DNA of 64,000 nt. Source: Pseudovirgaria hyperparasitica. Taxonomy: Eukaryota. The DNA lies in assembly GCA_010093815.1 (NCBI GenBank), contig ML996574.1. One strand, 5' to 3'. This document shows positions 12,848 to 25,834 of this stretch, piece by piece. The stretch's first letter is position 1. Every line of letters begins with the position of its first letter. The notes beneath the pieces were generated by a model that did not search any database, was not told the origin of the DNA, and was given only the letters and a program-made list of their open reading frames with translations. A program made the translations under genes and the position numbers.

Positions 12848-15800
12848 ATGGCTTCCAAACCGCAGCAATCCCAGGCAGTATACCTGCTACCGTTGACAGA
12901 CGGCGGAGCACCGGACGTACAGGGCTCTTACATTTACCTCCCTCCACCCACCAACCCTCCCTATAAGCTTCGTCTCGTTGTCCAGGGCACGTCGTCAATA
13001 TGTCAAAATGGCAGTCTATGGGCAAACATGCCTGCAAAGGGAGAGGAATTCAAGCGGGACAATTACAAGGAATACAAGTCAGTATAACCTGATGAGTATT
13101 TGGAAATCAGGTAGCTAACGATGAATAGGCTTTCTCCAGACTTTAACGGGAACACACAGATCGACATTCCAATCACCCAGGCTGGGGCCTTCGGCTATTA
13201 CGCCACATTCTCGCCAGCTTCAGAGTCCATATTAGGGTCATCGAAAGCGAGTCAACCCTCCAAAACACCTATATACTATATCGATGTTTGTCCAAAACTT
13301 ACACTGCAAGGTGGTGCCGTCCCACTCGACGCGCTTTCCTGCGTCTCAATCCTCTCAAAGTTCATGGGCGCGTACCCGGACGACTGGGATAAGCACTTTC
13401 TAGGTCTCAGTGAGAGGGGATACAATATGGTCCATTTCACCCCACTGATGGAACGCGGTGTGTCGAATTCGCCATACAGCATTTTTGATCAGCATACGTT
13501 TGACAAGAAATACTTCCCGAATGGAGAGTCTGATGTTGCAACCATGGTAAAGAAGATGGAGAGTGAATATGGCCTCTTAGCCATGAGTGACCTTGTCCTG
13601 AACCACACAGCAAACAATAGCAAGTGGCTTGAAGCACACCCAGAAGCTGGCTACAGTGTGGAGACTGCTCCTTGGCTCGAATCAGCAGAACTTCTTGACA
13701 GAAAACTGCTCGAATTCAGCAGTGATCTCGCATCATTAGGTCTTCCTACGACCTTGAATTCAGTCGATGATCTGGTCAAGATCATGGAAACATTCAAGAA
13801 GACCGTACTGAATGATCTCCGTCTTTGGGAATATTATACGATGAACGTTGAAAGAGACGCAAAGTCTATCGTCGCTGCCTGGAAAGAAGGACAGGCTGTT
13901 TTCCCCGATACTTCATTTGGCCCTGACGGCGTACAAAGCATTGGCAAAGCCAGAGAGTGGTCGTTGAAGAAAAAAGCTGACTGGCTTACCGATAACGCCC
14001 TTGTCGGGGGTGATCGGCTTGGTGAGAGATACCGTCGCTATGTCGAAGCAACCACGGGAGCTGCTCTTCTGAGTGCTATGTTCGGGCGGTATGATCTACA
14101 CAATGGGACCGATGAGGGAGCTGCATTATCAGAGATCACTCGGTGCCTCGACGAATGCAACCTCCACTTCTACCGAGAGTGCGATGCCGACTGCTCGGAA
14201 ATGATGGAGCAGCTCTTTAATCGGACAAAATACATGCGTTTGGATGACCATGGCCCAAAAGTTGGGCAGATCACCAAGGAGAATCCTCTTATCGAGCCGT
14301 ATTTCACCCGGCTACCGCTTAATGAGACAACGAAGCAACATAACAAGTCCGCGTTGGCATTGGCCAATAATGGCTGGATCTGGGCTGCGGATGCAATGAA
14401 GGACAATGCTGGACCGTCCTCTCGCGCGTACCTGCGCCGAGAGGTCATCGTGTGGGGAGACTGTGTCAAGTTGAGATACGGAGCATCACCCAAAGATAAT
14501 CCATTTCTATGGGACTTCATGGCGAAATATGCGCGACTCCTGGCCAAGTATTTCACCGCGTTTAGAATTGACAATTGCCACTCCACGCCAATTCATGTTG
14601 CCGAATATATCTTGGACCAAGCACGTCAAGTGCAACCAAACCTGGCCGTCTTTGCTGAGCTGTTCACTGGAAGCGAAGAGATGGACTATGTCTTCTGCAA
14701 GCGACTCGGTATCAGTTCACTGATAAGAGAAGCTATGCAGGCCTGGAGCACCCAGGAGATGAGCCGCCTTGTACACAGACATGCAGGACGTCCAATCGGT
14801 AGCTTCGAACTGGACGATATCTCCACCACCAACGTTTCTACGGACCAAACCAATGGATCATCAGCCCCTATAAGTAAAGAGTTGATAAGACGAATCCGCC
14901 CAAGCCCCATCCACGCCATGTTCATGGACTGCTCCCACGATAACGAGGTACCTGCTCAAAAGCGCGATGCACGAGACACTCTGCCCAATGCCGCACTAGT
15001 GGCGATGTGCGCCTGTTCAACTGGCAGCGTGATGGGCTACGATGAAGTGTATCCAAGGCTCATCGAGCTTGTACACGAGACGCGTCTCTACTCCTCACCT
15101 TACTCCAACGGAGCACCTATCAAAGTGCAAGCTGGTGAGGGGGGGATTGGTCCCATTAAGAAGCTTCTGAACCAAATTCATGTTCTAATGGGTAAAGATG
15201 AGTATGACGAAACATATATCCATCATGATAATGAGTATATCACGGTTCACCGAGCCCATCCACATTCTCGAAAAGGGTATTTCTTGATTGCTCACACTGC
15301 CTATCCGGGTTATGGGAACGGGAACGGAGGCTTTCCTGCTCAAACCCTTCCTGCCACCAAAGCCAAGCTTCTAGGTGCATGGAAGCTCGAGGTGGACAGC
15401 GATCCTTCAACAGTCTCTGAAATAACCTCAGACAAAGAGAAGCTGCGAGGCCTGCCGAGTAGAGTGAGAAATCTCAAGAGTGTCGATGCCACAATAAAAG
15501 ACGGCGATACCGTCCTCACAGTTGGTGACGACTTTCCACCAGGTAGCATCGCATTATTTGAGACATGGGTCGAAAGTGCCGAGCACGCTGACGGCCTCGA
15601 CAAATTTGTCACCAGTGGAGCGAGAGAAGCTTTCAAGGAATTAGACCACATCGACCTGAACATGGTACTCTATCGTTGTGACCCCGAAGAGCGCGTCTCG
15701 ACTGACGGTAAAGATGGGATATACGATATTCCTGGTCATGGTGCACTCAATTATAGCGGACTACAAGGCTGGTGGAGTGTCTTGAAGTACATTGTGCGTG

Positions 15801-17619
15801 ACAACAATCTCGGGCATCCTCTGTGCAACCACCTGCGAGATGGTGCTTGGGCAATGGACTATTGTGTTGGTCGCCTTGAGCGTGCCGCGGCTGATCCCAG
15901 ATACGCACGACTGAAAGCTCCAGCCCAATGGCTCAAGGAACGATTTGACGCGATAAAGCCGATACCGAAGTTTCTCTATCCTCGATACTTTGCTATCGTC
16001 ATCCAGACGGCATACAAGGCAGCTACCGAACGTGACATCGAGCTCATGTCTGACAACATTCGGAATGGACAAGACTTTTTGAAAAGTCTATCGTTGGTCA
16101 GCACACAGCTCACCGGTTACATGAAGAATGCGTCACTGTGGCCTGATAAGCTTGTCCCGAGTCTTTCTGCTGGTCTACCTCATTTCTCATCCGATTGGGC
16201 GAGATGTTGGGGTCGCGACATTTTCATCGCTCTTCGAGGTCTTTACATTTGCACTGGGAGAGCAGCAAATGCACGCGAACACATTCTTGCATTTGGCAGT
16301 GTTATCAAGCATGGCATGATCCCAAATCTCCATGGATCCGGAAACCTGCCTCGATATAACTCTCGCGATTCTATATGGTTCTACCTCCAAGCAGTGCAAG
16401 ACTACACCAAGACAATCCAGGATGGTCTCAGTCTACTGCAGGAACCTGTCAAACGGCGATTTCTACCGTATGATGACACCTGGTTTGCTGCCGATGATCC
16501 TCGCGCTTACTCGAAGGAGTCAACTATTGAGGATATCATTCAAGAAGTGCTGCAACGACATGCTGCTGGCATGAAGTTTAGAGAGTACAACGCTGGGCCC
16601 AATCTTGACAGTCAGATGCGCGATGAGGGATTCAATCACAACATTTATATCGACTGGACCACTGGCTTTGTTCATGGTGGAAACCAATGGAATTGCGGTA
16701 CCTGGATGGACAAGATGGGTGAGAGCGAGAAGGCTGGAAGTAAAGGTGTTCCTGGTACTCCGCGAGACGGTTCTGCCATCGAGCTCAACGGTCTACTGTA
16801 CAGCACCCTCATCTGGCTTGTCGAATTACACTCCTCAGGCAAATTCAAATACGACTCTGTGACGACGGATGACGGTACAACAGTTTCCTACAAGGAATGG
16901 GCAGACAAGATCAAAGCAAACTTCGACCGATGCTTTTACGTACCAACTGAGCCTTCCGACGATTCACAGCACGACGTCAATCCAAAGGTCATTAACCGAC
17001 GTGGTATCTTCAAAGATTTATACAAGAGTGGTAAAGAATACGAGGACTACCAATTACGTCCCAACCAATACATCGCCATGACCGTCGCCCCATCACTTTT
17101 CGACCACACGCATGCCTTTGCAGCACTTGACGCTGGTGACAAATATCTTCGCGGTCCAGTTGGTATGGCCACGCTTGACCCGTCAGACCTCAACTATCGA
17201 CCCTACTACAATAATGCCGAGGACAGCACGGACTTCCACACTAGCAAGGGCAGGAACTACCATCAAGGCCCTGAGTGGGTGTTTCCTCTGGGCTATTTTC
17301 TGCGCAGCTACCTGTTTTTCTGGTATAAGAAGTCATCCACCGATGAACAACGTTTGGAAGTGTTCCAGCAGGTTACAAAGAGGTTGAAGGGTGTCATGGA
17401 ACACTTGGAGAATTCTCCATGGGCTGGTCTGACGGAACTGACGAACAAAAATGGCGAGATATGTCATGATTCGGTTAGTAATCTATCTCGACGGTGGTCA
17501 AACCTGTTTTGGGCCAATGTACTGACAAATCTCTACAGTCACCAACTCAAGCGTGGTCTGCATCTCTCATGCTGGATTTATTCAAAGACGCGGAGGATCT
17601 ATCGAAGGGTTATCTCTGA
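12848..17619 (+). CDS. GDB1: Glycogen debranching enzyme (4-alpha-glucanotransferase / amylo-1,6-glucosidase)
   Basis: About 1,560 aa with GYNMVHFTPL, DLVLNHTA, FRIDNCHSTP, MDCSHDNE, RCWGRDIFIALRGL, CGTWMDKMG and NYHQGPEW. Introns at 13078-13129 and 17474-17538; last exon SPTQAWSAS...GYL*. An in-frame upstream ATG at 12773 is possible. Confidence 0.97.
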
Positions 17620-17945
17620 AGAGCATGAAAAGAAGTGATCCACAAGACATGCAAGCACTTCTTGCTTATGTTGCGTACAGAACGAACTGCCTCAACGAGT
17701 TGCGCTGTGAAGCGACACGTGTCAGATGAGTAGGCAGGAGGTCCAATGTATGGAGTAATTGGTAGAACGGCCTAGAAGAGGCTTCAGGTACTTAGACTCT
17801 GTAGATTCTCACGCGGTGACAAACAAAGCCGAAGAATGGCGAGTTACGAACATACGGCATTGAAGAGACAAACAAGAGGAGATGGAACATGTCACGAATT
17901 CCCAGTGTTCAACCGTGTTACACCCATGAAAACATGCTATCCAGT

Positions 17946-19868
17946 TCACGATTCCTGCTTCACAGTCTCTACAGCCACAGTCTGGCTCGCCCGCACCCGT
18001 TCCTTCTCAGCCATCCTCATCCTCTCCCCAAGATCAACATACTCACCAGTCCTCTTCTTCCACTCCATCGCCGCCACCAAAACACAACTCAGCACCACAT
18101 TCGCCCCCGCAAACGCAATCAGCACCCGAAACTGCAAATTATACGCCTCCCCAAACACCCGCCTCACCCTTCCCACCGCCTCCTCATCCGGCAGCAGCCG
18201 CAGATTCGCCAAACTCTCCTCCACCAACCCGACCTGCTCAGCCGCAGGCAGAATCCCAGGCAAGTCCCGCCGCAGCCGCCCGTGCAGCAGCGCCGAACAC
18301 ACCGCAATCGCAAGCGTGCCACCCAGCGTGCGCGCCGTATTCATCAGCCCCGTCGCAGCGGCCAGATGCGCGTCCCCGTGCAGCATCGCCTTCATAAGCG
18401 CGTAGCTGAGCGGCGCAAGCGTGCCGAAGCCCGCGCCTAGGAGGGCCATGTATACGTATTGCCGCGGGTCGGGGGAATGGTTGCTGGTAGTACTAGCGGG
18501 TAATGTGCTGAGCAGGGCGGTGCCGAGCAGGATTGCGCAGGGCGCGAGCAGGAGGAGGCAGGCTGTGATGCGTGGGTGGGGTGTTGCGAGGCCGGCGAGG
18601 AGGGCGAAGGGTGGGGTTGCGAGGACGAGGGCGAGGAGCTGGATGCCGGCGTGGGCGGGGCTGGCTGCGTTTACGGCTTGGAAGCGTGCTGGGAGGAGTA
18701 TTGTGGCGGAGAGGAAGGAGGAGCCGGTTAGGAAGGTTGAGAGGGTTAGGAGGGCGGGGAGGAGGGTTGTTAGGACGGGGATGGGGAGGATGGGGGTTTT
18801 GGTGTTGGAGATGTTGGAGATGTTGTGGCGAGTACGGCGGTAGAGGGATGTTTCGTGGCAGGCGAAGAGGACGAGGAGGACGAGGCCGGTTGTGAGGGTG
18901 CTGATGATGACGGGCGAGGACCAGGGGTATGCGACTTCGGCTTGTTGGAGGGCGAAGAGGACGGGGATAGGCCATGCGATGGAGAGGAGGCCGCCGAGCC
19001 AGTCGACGGCGCGGAGTTTGGCGAGAGTCGGAGTTTCGGATGGGATCGTGGGCATGGCGAGGGCGAGGAGGACGGTCGAGATTGCGGTGATGGGCAGGTT
19101 GATCCAGAAGATCCAGCGCCAGGTGGTGTGGGAGGTGATGCTGCCGCCGAGGATGGGTCCGAGGAGGTTCGCAATGGCGAAGACAGAGCTGATGATGCCG
19201 GAGTAGAAGCCGATTTTGGACGGGGAGATGAGTTTGAGGATGACGACGAAGACGAGCGTGTAGAGCCCCGAGCCGCCCATGCCCTGAAGCGCGCGGAAGA
19301 CTATGCTGTGAGGAGGAGGTTAGAAGGAGGAGAAGATGAGAGGTATCAAAGATGAGGTACGGACAGCTGGGTCATCGTCTTGGACGCGGCGCACGCAGCG
19401 GAGAAGACGAAAAATATAATGTTCGAAAGGATCAGGAGGTTTTTCGTGCCGAATGTGTCACTGAGCTTTGCGACTAGCAGGAGGAATGCTATATATCATA
19501 TCAGAATATGCGTCCTGTGATGTACCTGAGGACTCACCGTTGTATGTCAGAAAGTAAGCTATGACAAGCCAGTTGGCCTGGCTGAGCGACTTGAGATCAT
19601 TGGATATCTCTATCAATGCCGTCGAGACTATGGTTCCGTCCAGAGCAGACAGAAATAGAGCTAGCCATAGTCTATAGTTATGGTCGACCGTTAGCCATGG
19701 TACAAGATCAAGGGACGTTGTCAGAGGCAAGACTTCTGCTCACCCGGTCATCACCAGTCCAAGTCTCCATCCCGTCAGCTCAGTCGGAGGCGATGCAGCA
19801 GTATCTTCTGAAGTTGTTACATCTTCCTCTCCGGCTCGCGGAAGTTCTCGTGTTTCGACCTCGCTCAT
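17946..19868 (-). CDS. MFS drug:H+ antiporter, 14-TMS (DHA2-like), 4 exons
   Basis: MSEVETRE...LTGWRLGLVMTG|LWLALFLSALDGTIVSTAL...WLVIAYFLTYN|AFLLLVAKLSDTFG...ASKTMTQL|IVFRALQGMGGSGL...GPILGGSITSHTTWRWIFWINLP. These are the DHA2 D1, B, C and H motifs. Confidence 0.9.
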
Positions 19869-20682
19869 CGCTATCGGAACTCGTCAGATACGACCTCTCA
19901 TTCCCAGAACAGTATGTACTGTGAGTATCCAGTCATTCAGTCAAGCGCGTCTGTACTCTCTCCTAAAGTGTCAATCCAGTCTGGCTGAATTTGGAAGCGA
20001 AACGTTCGCGTTCGCCTTCACGACAGTTTAAACGACTCGACGCTGCAAGCAAACAAGGCAGCGAAAACCTGGCCTATCAAGGGCTGTTTTACCAGAAAGA
20101 TGTACGTGCTACCTTTCTGAGTCAAGCATCCATTTTGCTGCTTAATATATCTTCACATGGATGGTCGCCCTTTCTAGCTCAGAGCTCGGCCGACCCGCTT
20201 CGTTCTTGGAGAACAACAGAAATCAAGATCAACCAAATGAAATCCGTCCATGGGAATCTCTGTGATTATATATGTATGTCTATGCTTTTGTATGCGACTA
20301 CTGGTGTTCACGTTCGACCGGTAACAAGTTGCGCTTCGTCCGAATCCGAAGCTCGCTTGGAGCTCCTATTCAGGTATCCCAATCTCTATTGCGGGGCTTG
20401 CGAGGCTGGGTGCTGTCGGAGTCGGTCCTTTCTTGAACCTGCACCGGCTTGCATGCCATTTACCCCTTCGGGACATGCTGAAAGTTTCAAGTAATTGAGC
20501 ATGTTTTAGAAGAACATACCAGAGTTCTAATTAATGACGAAGTGCGGCAACAGAGCTTTTAAGACGACACTTGTGACATGCATGGTAACCGGTGATAGAA
20601 TGAAGAGGCATGGTCATCATATATATGATGTATATTAATGAATGACCAAAGAAAAGTAAAAAAAAGACATACATGGATTGTA

Positions 20683-20765
20683 TGCCACCTATCAGAATCG
20701 AACTGATGATCTCCTCATCTCCCTAGGTTTACTAGTGAGGCGCTATACCACTTAGCCAAGGCGGC
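20683..20765 (-). tRNA. tRNA-Thr (anticodon AGU) with 11-nt intron
   Basis: Minus strand GCCGCCT-TGGCTAAGTGGTATAGCG-CCTCA-CT-AGT-A-[aacctagggag]-A-TGAGG-AGATC-ATCAG-TTCGATT-CTGAT-AGGTGGC-A. All stems pair, the intron lies at the canonical 37/38 position (20729-20719), and an oligo-T Pol III terminator follows at 20665-20658. Confidence 0.95.
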
Positions 20766-23700
20766 TGATGAGCGTTGAGCTTCGGTCAAATCGTTTATAA
20801 TACTTCAAAATGGGTTTGTGGGAAAGAAGCCTCCTCTGCTACTGCTGATTGGACGCTAACTGGCTTAGCGCACAACAACGGCCCGCCGTTACGCTAAACC
20901 ATCGGTTCATCTCCCCGCCTTCTCAAGACTCAACGTCAACCGTCTTCTGACCACAACACAGCTGTATCTCCGCGAATCGTCTTGGGATCCCCGAAGAGAT
21001 GATCGAGATGGTTGAGATGAGGGCCATGCTACGATACTTTACAGAGGCTAGCGACAAAGACTACGCATAAAAAGGTGCCGCCTTGTATTTATCTCCTTGT
21101 GTAACTTGCCAACAGCTCATGACTCTTCGAACGTCGCAATTCTTGAACACACACATGTAGCATTGGGCATTCTTAGGGGCTCACAACTTGCTATCTTCTA
21201 CTTATCAGACAAGGTCTCCTTACGCATAATGAACCTCTCTGAGGGCTGTGCGAACTTGCTGCACATGATACGTCGGGTGCGATTGACTTGTATAGTAACT
21301 CAAGGTAGCCGTGACTCTCCCTGACTTCTAGACTATTTGTATCTGAGATATCGATGACCACGATCACACTAAGAAGGTTCAATGCCTATTTAGCCGTCAA
21401 TCCGGTATGATCACCATAGGTATACCTAAATATCACAGCCCTTCAGCACCTACTTCTCGACGTCTAAACCCCTTCCGCTGTAACACCATTACTTTAGAGT
21501 CTTTTGAAGTCAATATCGGATCTGGAGGCCACGACGACTTGGAGTAATATCGCTATTACACCATGATATCTTGACATCAAAGGCTTTTCTGACGCGGCGA
21601 CTTATCAAGGTTTCATCACAATCAACGCCTAGAGAAAACGAGAGCCTCCTTGTGTGCGCCGGGATGCAAGAGTTTCCTTCTCTTGTCGGACTAGGAGTTC
21701 TGCTCAGTATCATCGTTTATTTAAGTGTATAAGAGTCCTTAGTCTAAGTCAATTCATGGACCAAGCTTGTATCCACACATATACTTCTTATGTATATAGA
21801 ACTGTTTGCTTCACCGTCAACCCTACTATCGCATGTGAGATGGGTGTGAACGGGATGCGGCTATGCCATATTATTGTTTACGTTGGCAGTGGATCGAAGT
21901 TATGTTCTCACCAGGCATGCCAGGCCCGTTGACTACAGAATGACCTGCCGATGTTGCACATCGCGCAAAAACTTGGAAGCTAAATGTGGGACAGGAGTCG
22001 ACATCATACTGCTACGTAAAGACCCGGGCAATATCCAACGTCGTTATACACCAACACACATACTTGTGGAAGGTAACCTCCAAGGAAACAACAGAGTTGC
22101 AAACAACCACGACGGTGCAGTCTGCACTTTTGGCCACTGCCATCATGCTTTGCCACGCAGCCCGTAAACGACAGCGCCACACGAACTAGGGCATCCAAGA
22201 ACAGTCGCCAGACTGTACCCATCTCGAAGCTAGAGAATGTTTCCTTCGTCTCCCCGATAGTCAAGCACGTCAATATGCTCGAAGAAGCGCAATCGCGACG
22301 TTATTCCCGACGCCCATGCATCACTTGTCATACAAACTTCGCTACCCTTCATCGGGTATCCATGACTGTCCATGCATGTCAGTCACTCCACCCTTCCCGT
22401 CTTCTCCGATTCTTCCCCAGCTGCCTAATACATCCTCGCCATCCTTGCTCGTGCTCGCTTTGTCGCCTGATCCGAGCTTGCAAGCCGCAGGTTGCATCCT
22501 GCCACAGCATGTGATGCGGCGAACTTGCGCAGACATCCCTCCCTCATGGCGCGACAGATCCAGCCGCCAACGTCACCATCATCATCGGCTACTGGAATAG
22601 CGATACTAATGACGATCCACTTCGCCTATCCTGTTCCTACCATTTCCATCATTACCCCCAATTCGTCCTACCCCACCTCGTATATGCACGCCTGCCACTC
22701 AAATCTGACCGGCTGGAGAGCATGTACACCTTTTCACACCCCGGGCCAGCCTCCTTTCGTATTTGTGCGCAAGGATCAGGGTATCCCAGCGTCGCGCTTA
22801 GCCCCCATGTCCAGATCCTGTTGTTGAGATCCATGCCGGGGCCGATCCGAGCTATGCCCAGGGATGCATGCTGGGGGCGGCGACAAGGATGCATTTCGTC
22901 CTGGTATACATACGTTCGCGAGACGAGGCGTTCGAGTGAGTTTGCTGGCCGAGGTTGACGAGTTTTTGGGGAGTATGCATGGTGGACCGTCAAGGACAGG
23001 GGAGACACTTTCGCTGCTGCGGAGGGGAATGGCCTGGGGGTGGGGGATCAATCGTACGGAATGTACATTTCATGTATCGTTCGGTGTATCGTACGGAGAC
23101 TGGGTTTTCAGTACGGATGTACCTCGATGTACCTGTCAGACTGTCAGACTGTCAGACAGACTGTCTTTTGGGCGCGAAACCGACGCGTCCTCACGTGCTC
23201 ACCATGCGAGTCCTGGCATCGTAGTGTTACCTTGGTGTGACGTAGACTTGATGGGGTGCTGTGTTGAGGCTGTGGTGTCTCACTTGCCCTATACTCTCTC
23301 GTTCGTAGAGCTAGTCCATCTGGCTATCTCTCAAGATGGCTGGTTTCTGCACGTGCGAGGACAGCAGCACCGAAGCACAAGGAGCGCTAGATGCTACTCT
23401 GTGCTCAAGGTGTACAGAAATGCGGTGCGGGAGCGACGATCTTAAATGGACGCAAGTGTGGCATGTGTTTAATCGTGTGCTGGGAAGAAACTTGATATGA
23501 CATAAACATAGAAGTTAGATGATGAAGGAATCATTCAAGAGGCCGTCTTGACTTATGTAGACGGGAGGAAGGAAAGGCAGATTTATATTGTTTCAAGGGG
23601 TGCAAGGGGCTCCATAACATTTAATCTTTGTTTTTCTCTGTGGAGTAAGTGGGATATGCCGGCACAAAACATACGACGAGAAGTCTGGCATATATCAGGG

Positions 23701-24835
23701 ATAGGACCAGCATGTCATTGTAGCGAAGACTTGGGAATGCGGTATAGCTACACACAACGTCTCTGGCATGACTCGTCGCAGCAAAAGCAACCTCAAAAGC
23801 AAGTTTAACATGACAGCATCTGACTCGATGGATTGCATATGATGTCTACAGCCATCAAAGGCCTTTCGCTTCGGGGAGTTTCTGTGCCACCATCGATGAT
23901 ACAATTTAGCAACGACCTCTGATCTTTTAAAGATCTTTTACTTTTAGCAAAAGCTGCACCAATTAGTCCCCCTGAGAGCTTTCCATGACACTATCGTCAC
24001 TGAACAACAAGGAATAAGCATTATTGTGTCTGCACTTGCTATAGATGGACTAGCACTAACACAATCAGTGGTGCGAGTGTTCCATCCCCATGGAAAGCAT
24101 GATTTATGGAGTATAATACGCCTATCCATGCTATGTATTTATTTTCGAGTACGTGAAATGATGTTGTTCGTTGTAGTTTGTCTTAGCATATAAGTAAGCG
24201 ACAGCGAAATGAAACAGCGGCCTAGTAGGAAAGTATGGAAAATTCACCACTTGTGCGAACCTCTGCCTTGATGCTAGCTGGGGAAGAAAAATATATGTTT
24301 GCGAGATGAGACGAGGCATTTCGTTGGCATATACGAACAGTCCTGACATGTTCAAGGTGAGATTGCGTGCATAGGTTGTCTTAAGGTTGCGGTTTCTTCG
24401 GTCGCTTAGGGCATTATTTGTGATGGCAAACTAAGGTGCGGTGAATGCGAGAGTCGTGAGGGGTGGAACAGGGTCAAGTGGGCCTGTACATGTCGAGCCT
24501 TGAGTCTGAGAAAGTTGTCGACACATGCATGTCAATGCATATGGTCCTGCAGGCGCTGGCTGTTTGTGTCATCTCGAAGACGCTGAATCCTGGTGAACTG
24601 TGACTTGGATACTATTGACCACGAACAAGACCCATAGTAGACCGAAATCGATGGGAACGTTTGGGCAACTGAGCCTTAGTACCTCTGTATAACCGCTCCT
24701 GCAATGAACGCGATTGGAACCATGCAAGATCCATTCCTCCAACTCTTTTGCTCTACGCCTACGTCCAATATGCAACCATAGAACGCCACTCAAGGGGATA
24801 TGTAGACCACAGTGAGCACAGTAATAAGCAGAACT

Positions 24836-25834
24836 TCATGCGCCGCTAAACCTCGGTGGTGATCTCGACCTGTCCTTGCTTCGAGATGCGCTTCGTCTAC
24901 GGCTGCTTAGCCCAGATATCGCAGGACATAGCTCAGCACTCACGATTTCGAAGCCTGATCCCTGTACTTGTTGATAAGACGCCTCATCTCATGGCGTCCC
25001 TTATCGGCATCTATATCACGCCCGACCATACTCATACTGATTTTCTTCTTTGAGGGCACCGTCAAAAGCCTGTTAAGCAACAGGTGCTTCATAATCAAGC
25101 ACACGAACACACCGCAGTCACTGCCGTTGTTCTGTATCGGCGCGTCCTCCATGTTGATGAATTTGATGTGCTTGTTGATAAGGCGACCCAAGTTTTGGGT
25201 AACTTTTCCTGCTTGCACAATGTTTTCGGTACCCAGCGAATCATAGTGGAAAGCAACTTGATCGATAGTGGAGACCAAGAGCAAAGACCAGTGCGAGCCC
25301 GATTCTGCCTCAGTAACGTCCTCGCTGTTATTTACTGGGAGAAACACATGGGTCGTCCTGGTGAAATCAGGCAGATTTGATTTGAGCGTAAGCGGGTCCG
25401 GGGTCTTTCGAAGTAATTGTGCCATGGAGGGCCGTAAGAGTGATATCGTGGCTTGTGGGTATTTTGACAGCTCTTCTCTCTCCAAGTATTCCTCCCAGAA
25501 GGAGATGACCTTCGACATTGTTACTATTTTCCTGATCTCCGTGCGGGCAGAATGTACGAACCTCATCCGTAAGCCAGTCATCTTTTATGCTATTGTAATC
25601 TCTTCGAGTCACTGGATCGTATCAGTGGACCACACGGGAATCTCGTGTCGAATGATACTTGGGAGAGGGTTGGCATACATTTGACGTCATTATAGATGAG
25701 ATATGCTTCGGATAGCTCTTTATCAGACAGCTGGTCATTGTTAGGTGTGTGACTTTAACATTACGCGATGTGAAAGAGCTCACCGTATCGCGCAATCGGT
25801 TCGAGACGCGGCCGCCGAAAGGATGGAAGGACAT
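24836..25834 (-). CDS. denA: NEDD8-specific cysteine protease (Ulp1/C48 family; DenA/DEN1/SENP8-like), 5 exons
   Basis: MSFHPFGG...|LSDKELSEAYLIYNDVK|...KDDWLTDE|VISFWEEYLE...HVFLPVNN...GSHWSLLLVS...HYDSL...QNNGSDCGVFVC (His-Asp-Cys triad). A final intron at 24943-24897 adds SRSASRSKDRSRSPPRFSGA*. Confidence 0.9.

Noticed and set aside
17474..17638. Alternative GDB1 C-terminus (VSNLSRRW...EHEKK) in the ORF track
   Set aside because: This is read-through of intron 17474-17538. Splicing restores the conserved SPTQAWS ending.
17836..19355. Many long overlapping Arg/Gly/Pro-rich ORFs around the MFS gene
   Set aside because: Shadow frames caused by the stop-poor, GC-skewed exon. No independent motifs.
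20900..21790. Possible RIP-degraded gene on the minus strand downstream of the tRNA promoter side
   Set aside because: Many TAA/TAG stops could derive from CAA/CAG, but I could not recover a recognisable domain, splice pattern or TE end.
19900..24800. Telomerase RNA or other large ncRNA in the long gene-poor interval
   Set aside because: No TTAGGG-type template (TAACCCTAA-like) was seen on either strand, and no RNase P/MRP or SRP motifs.
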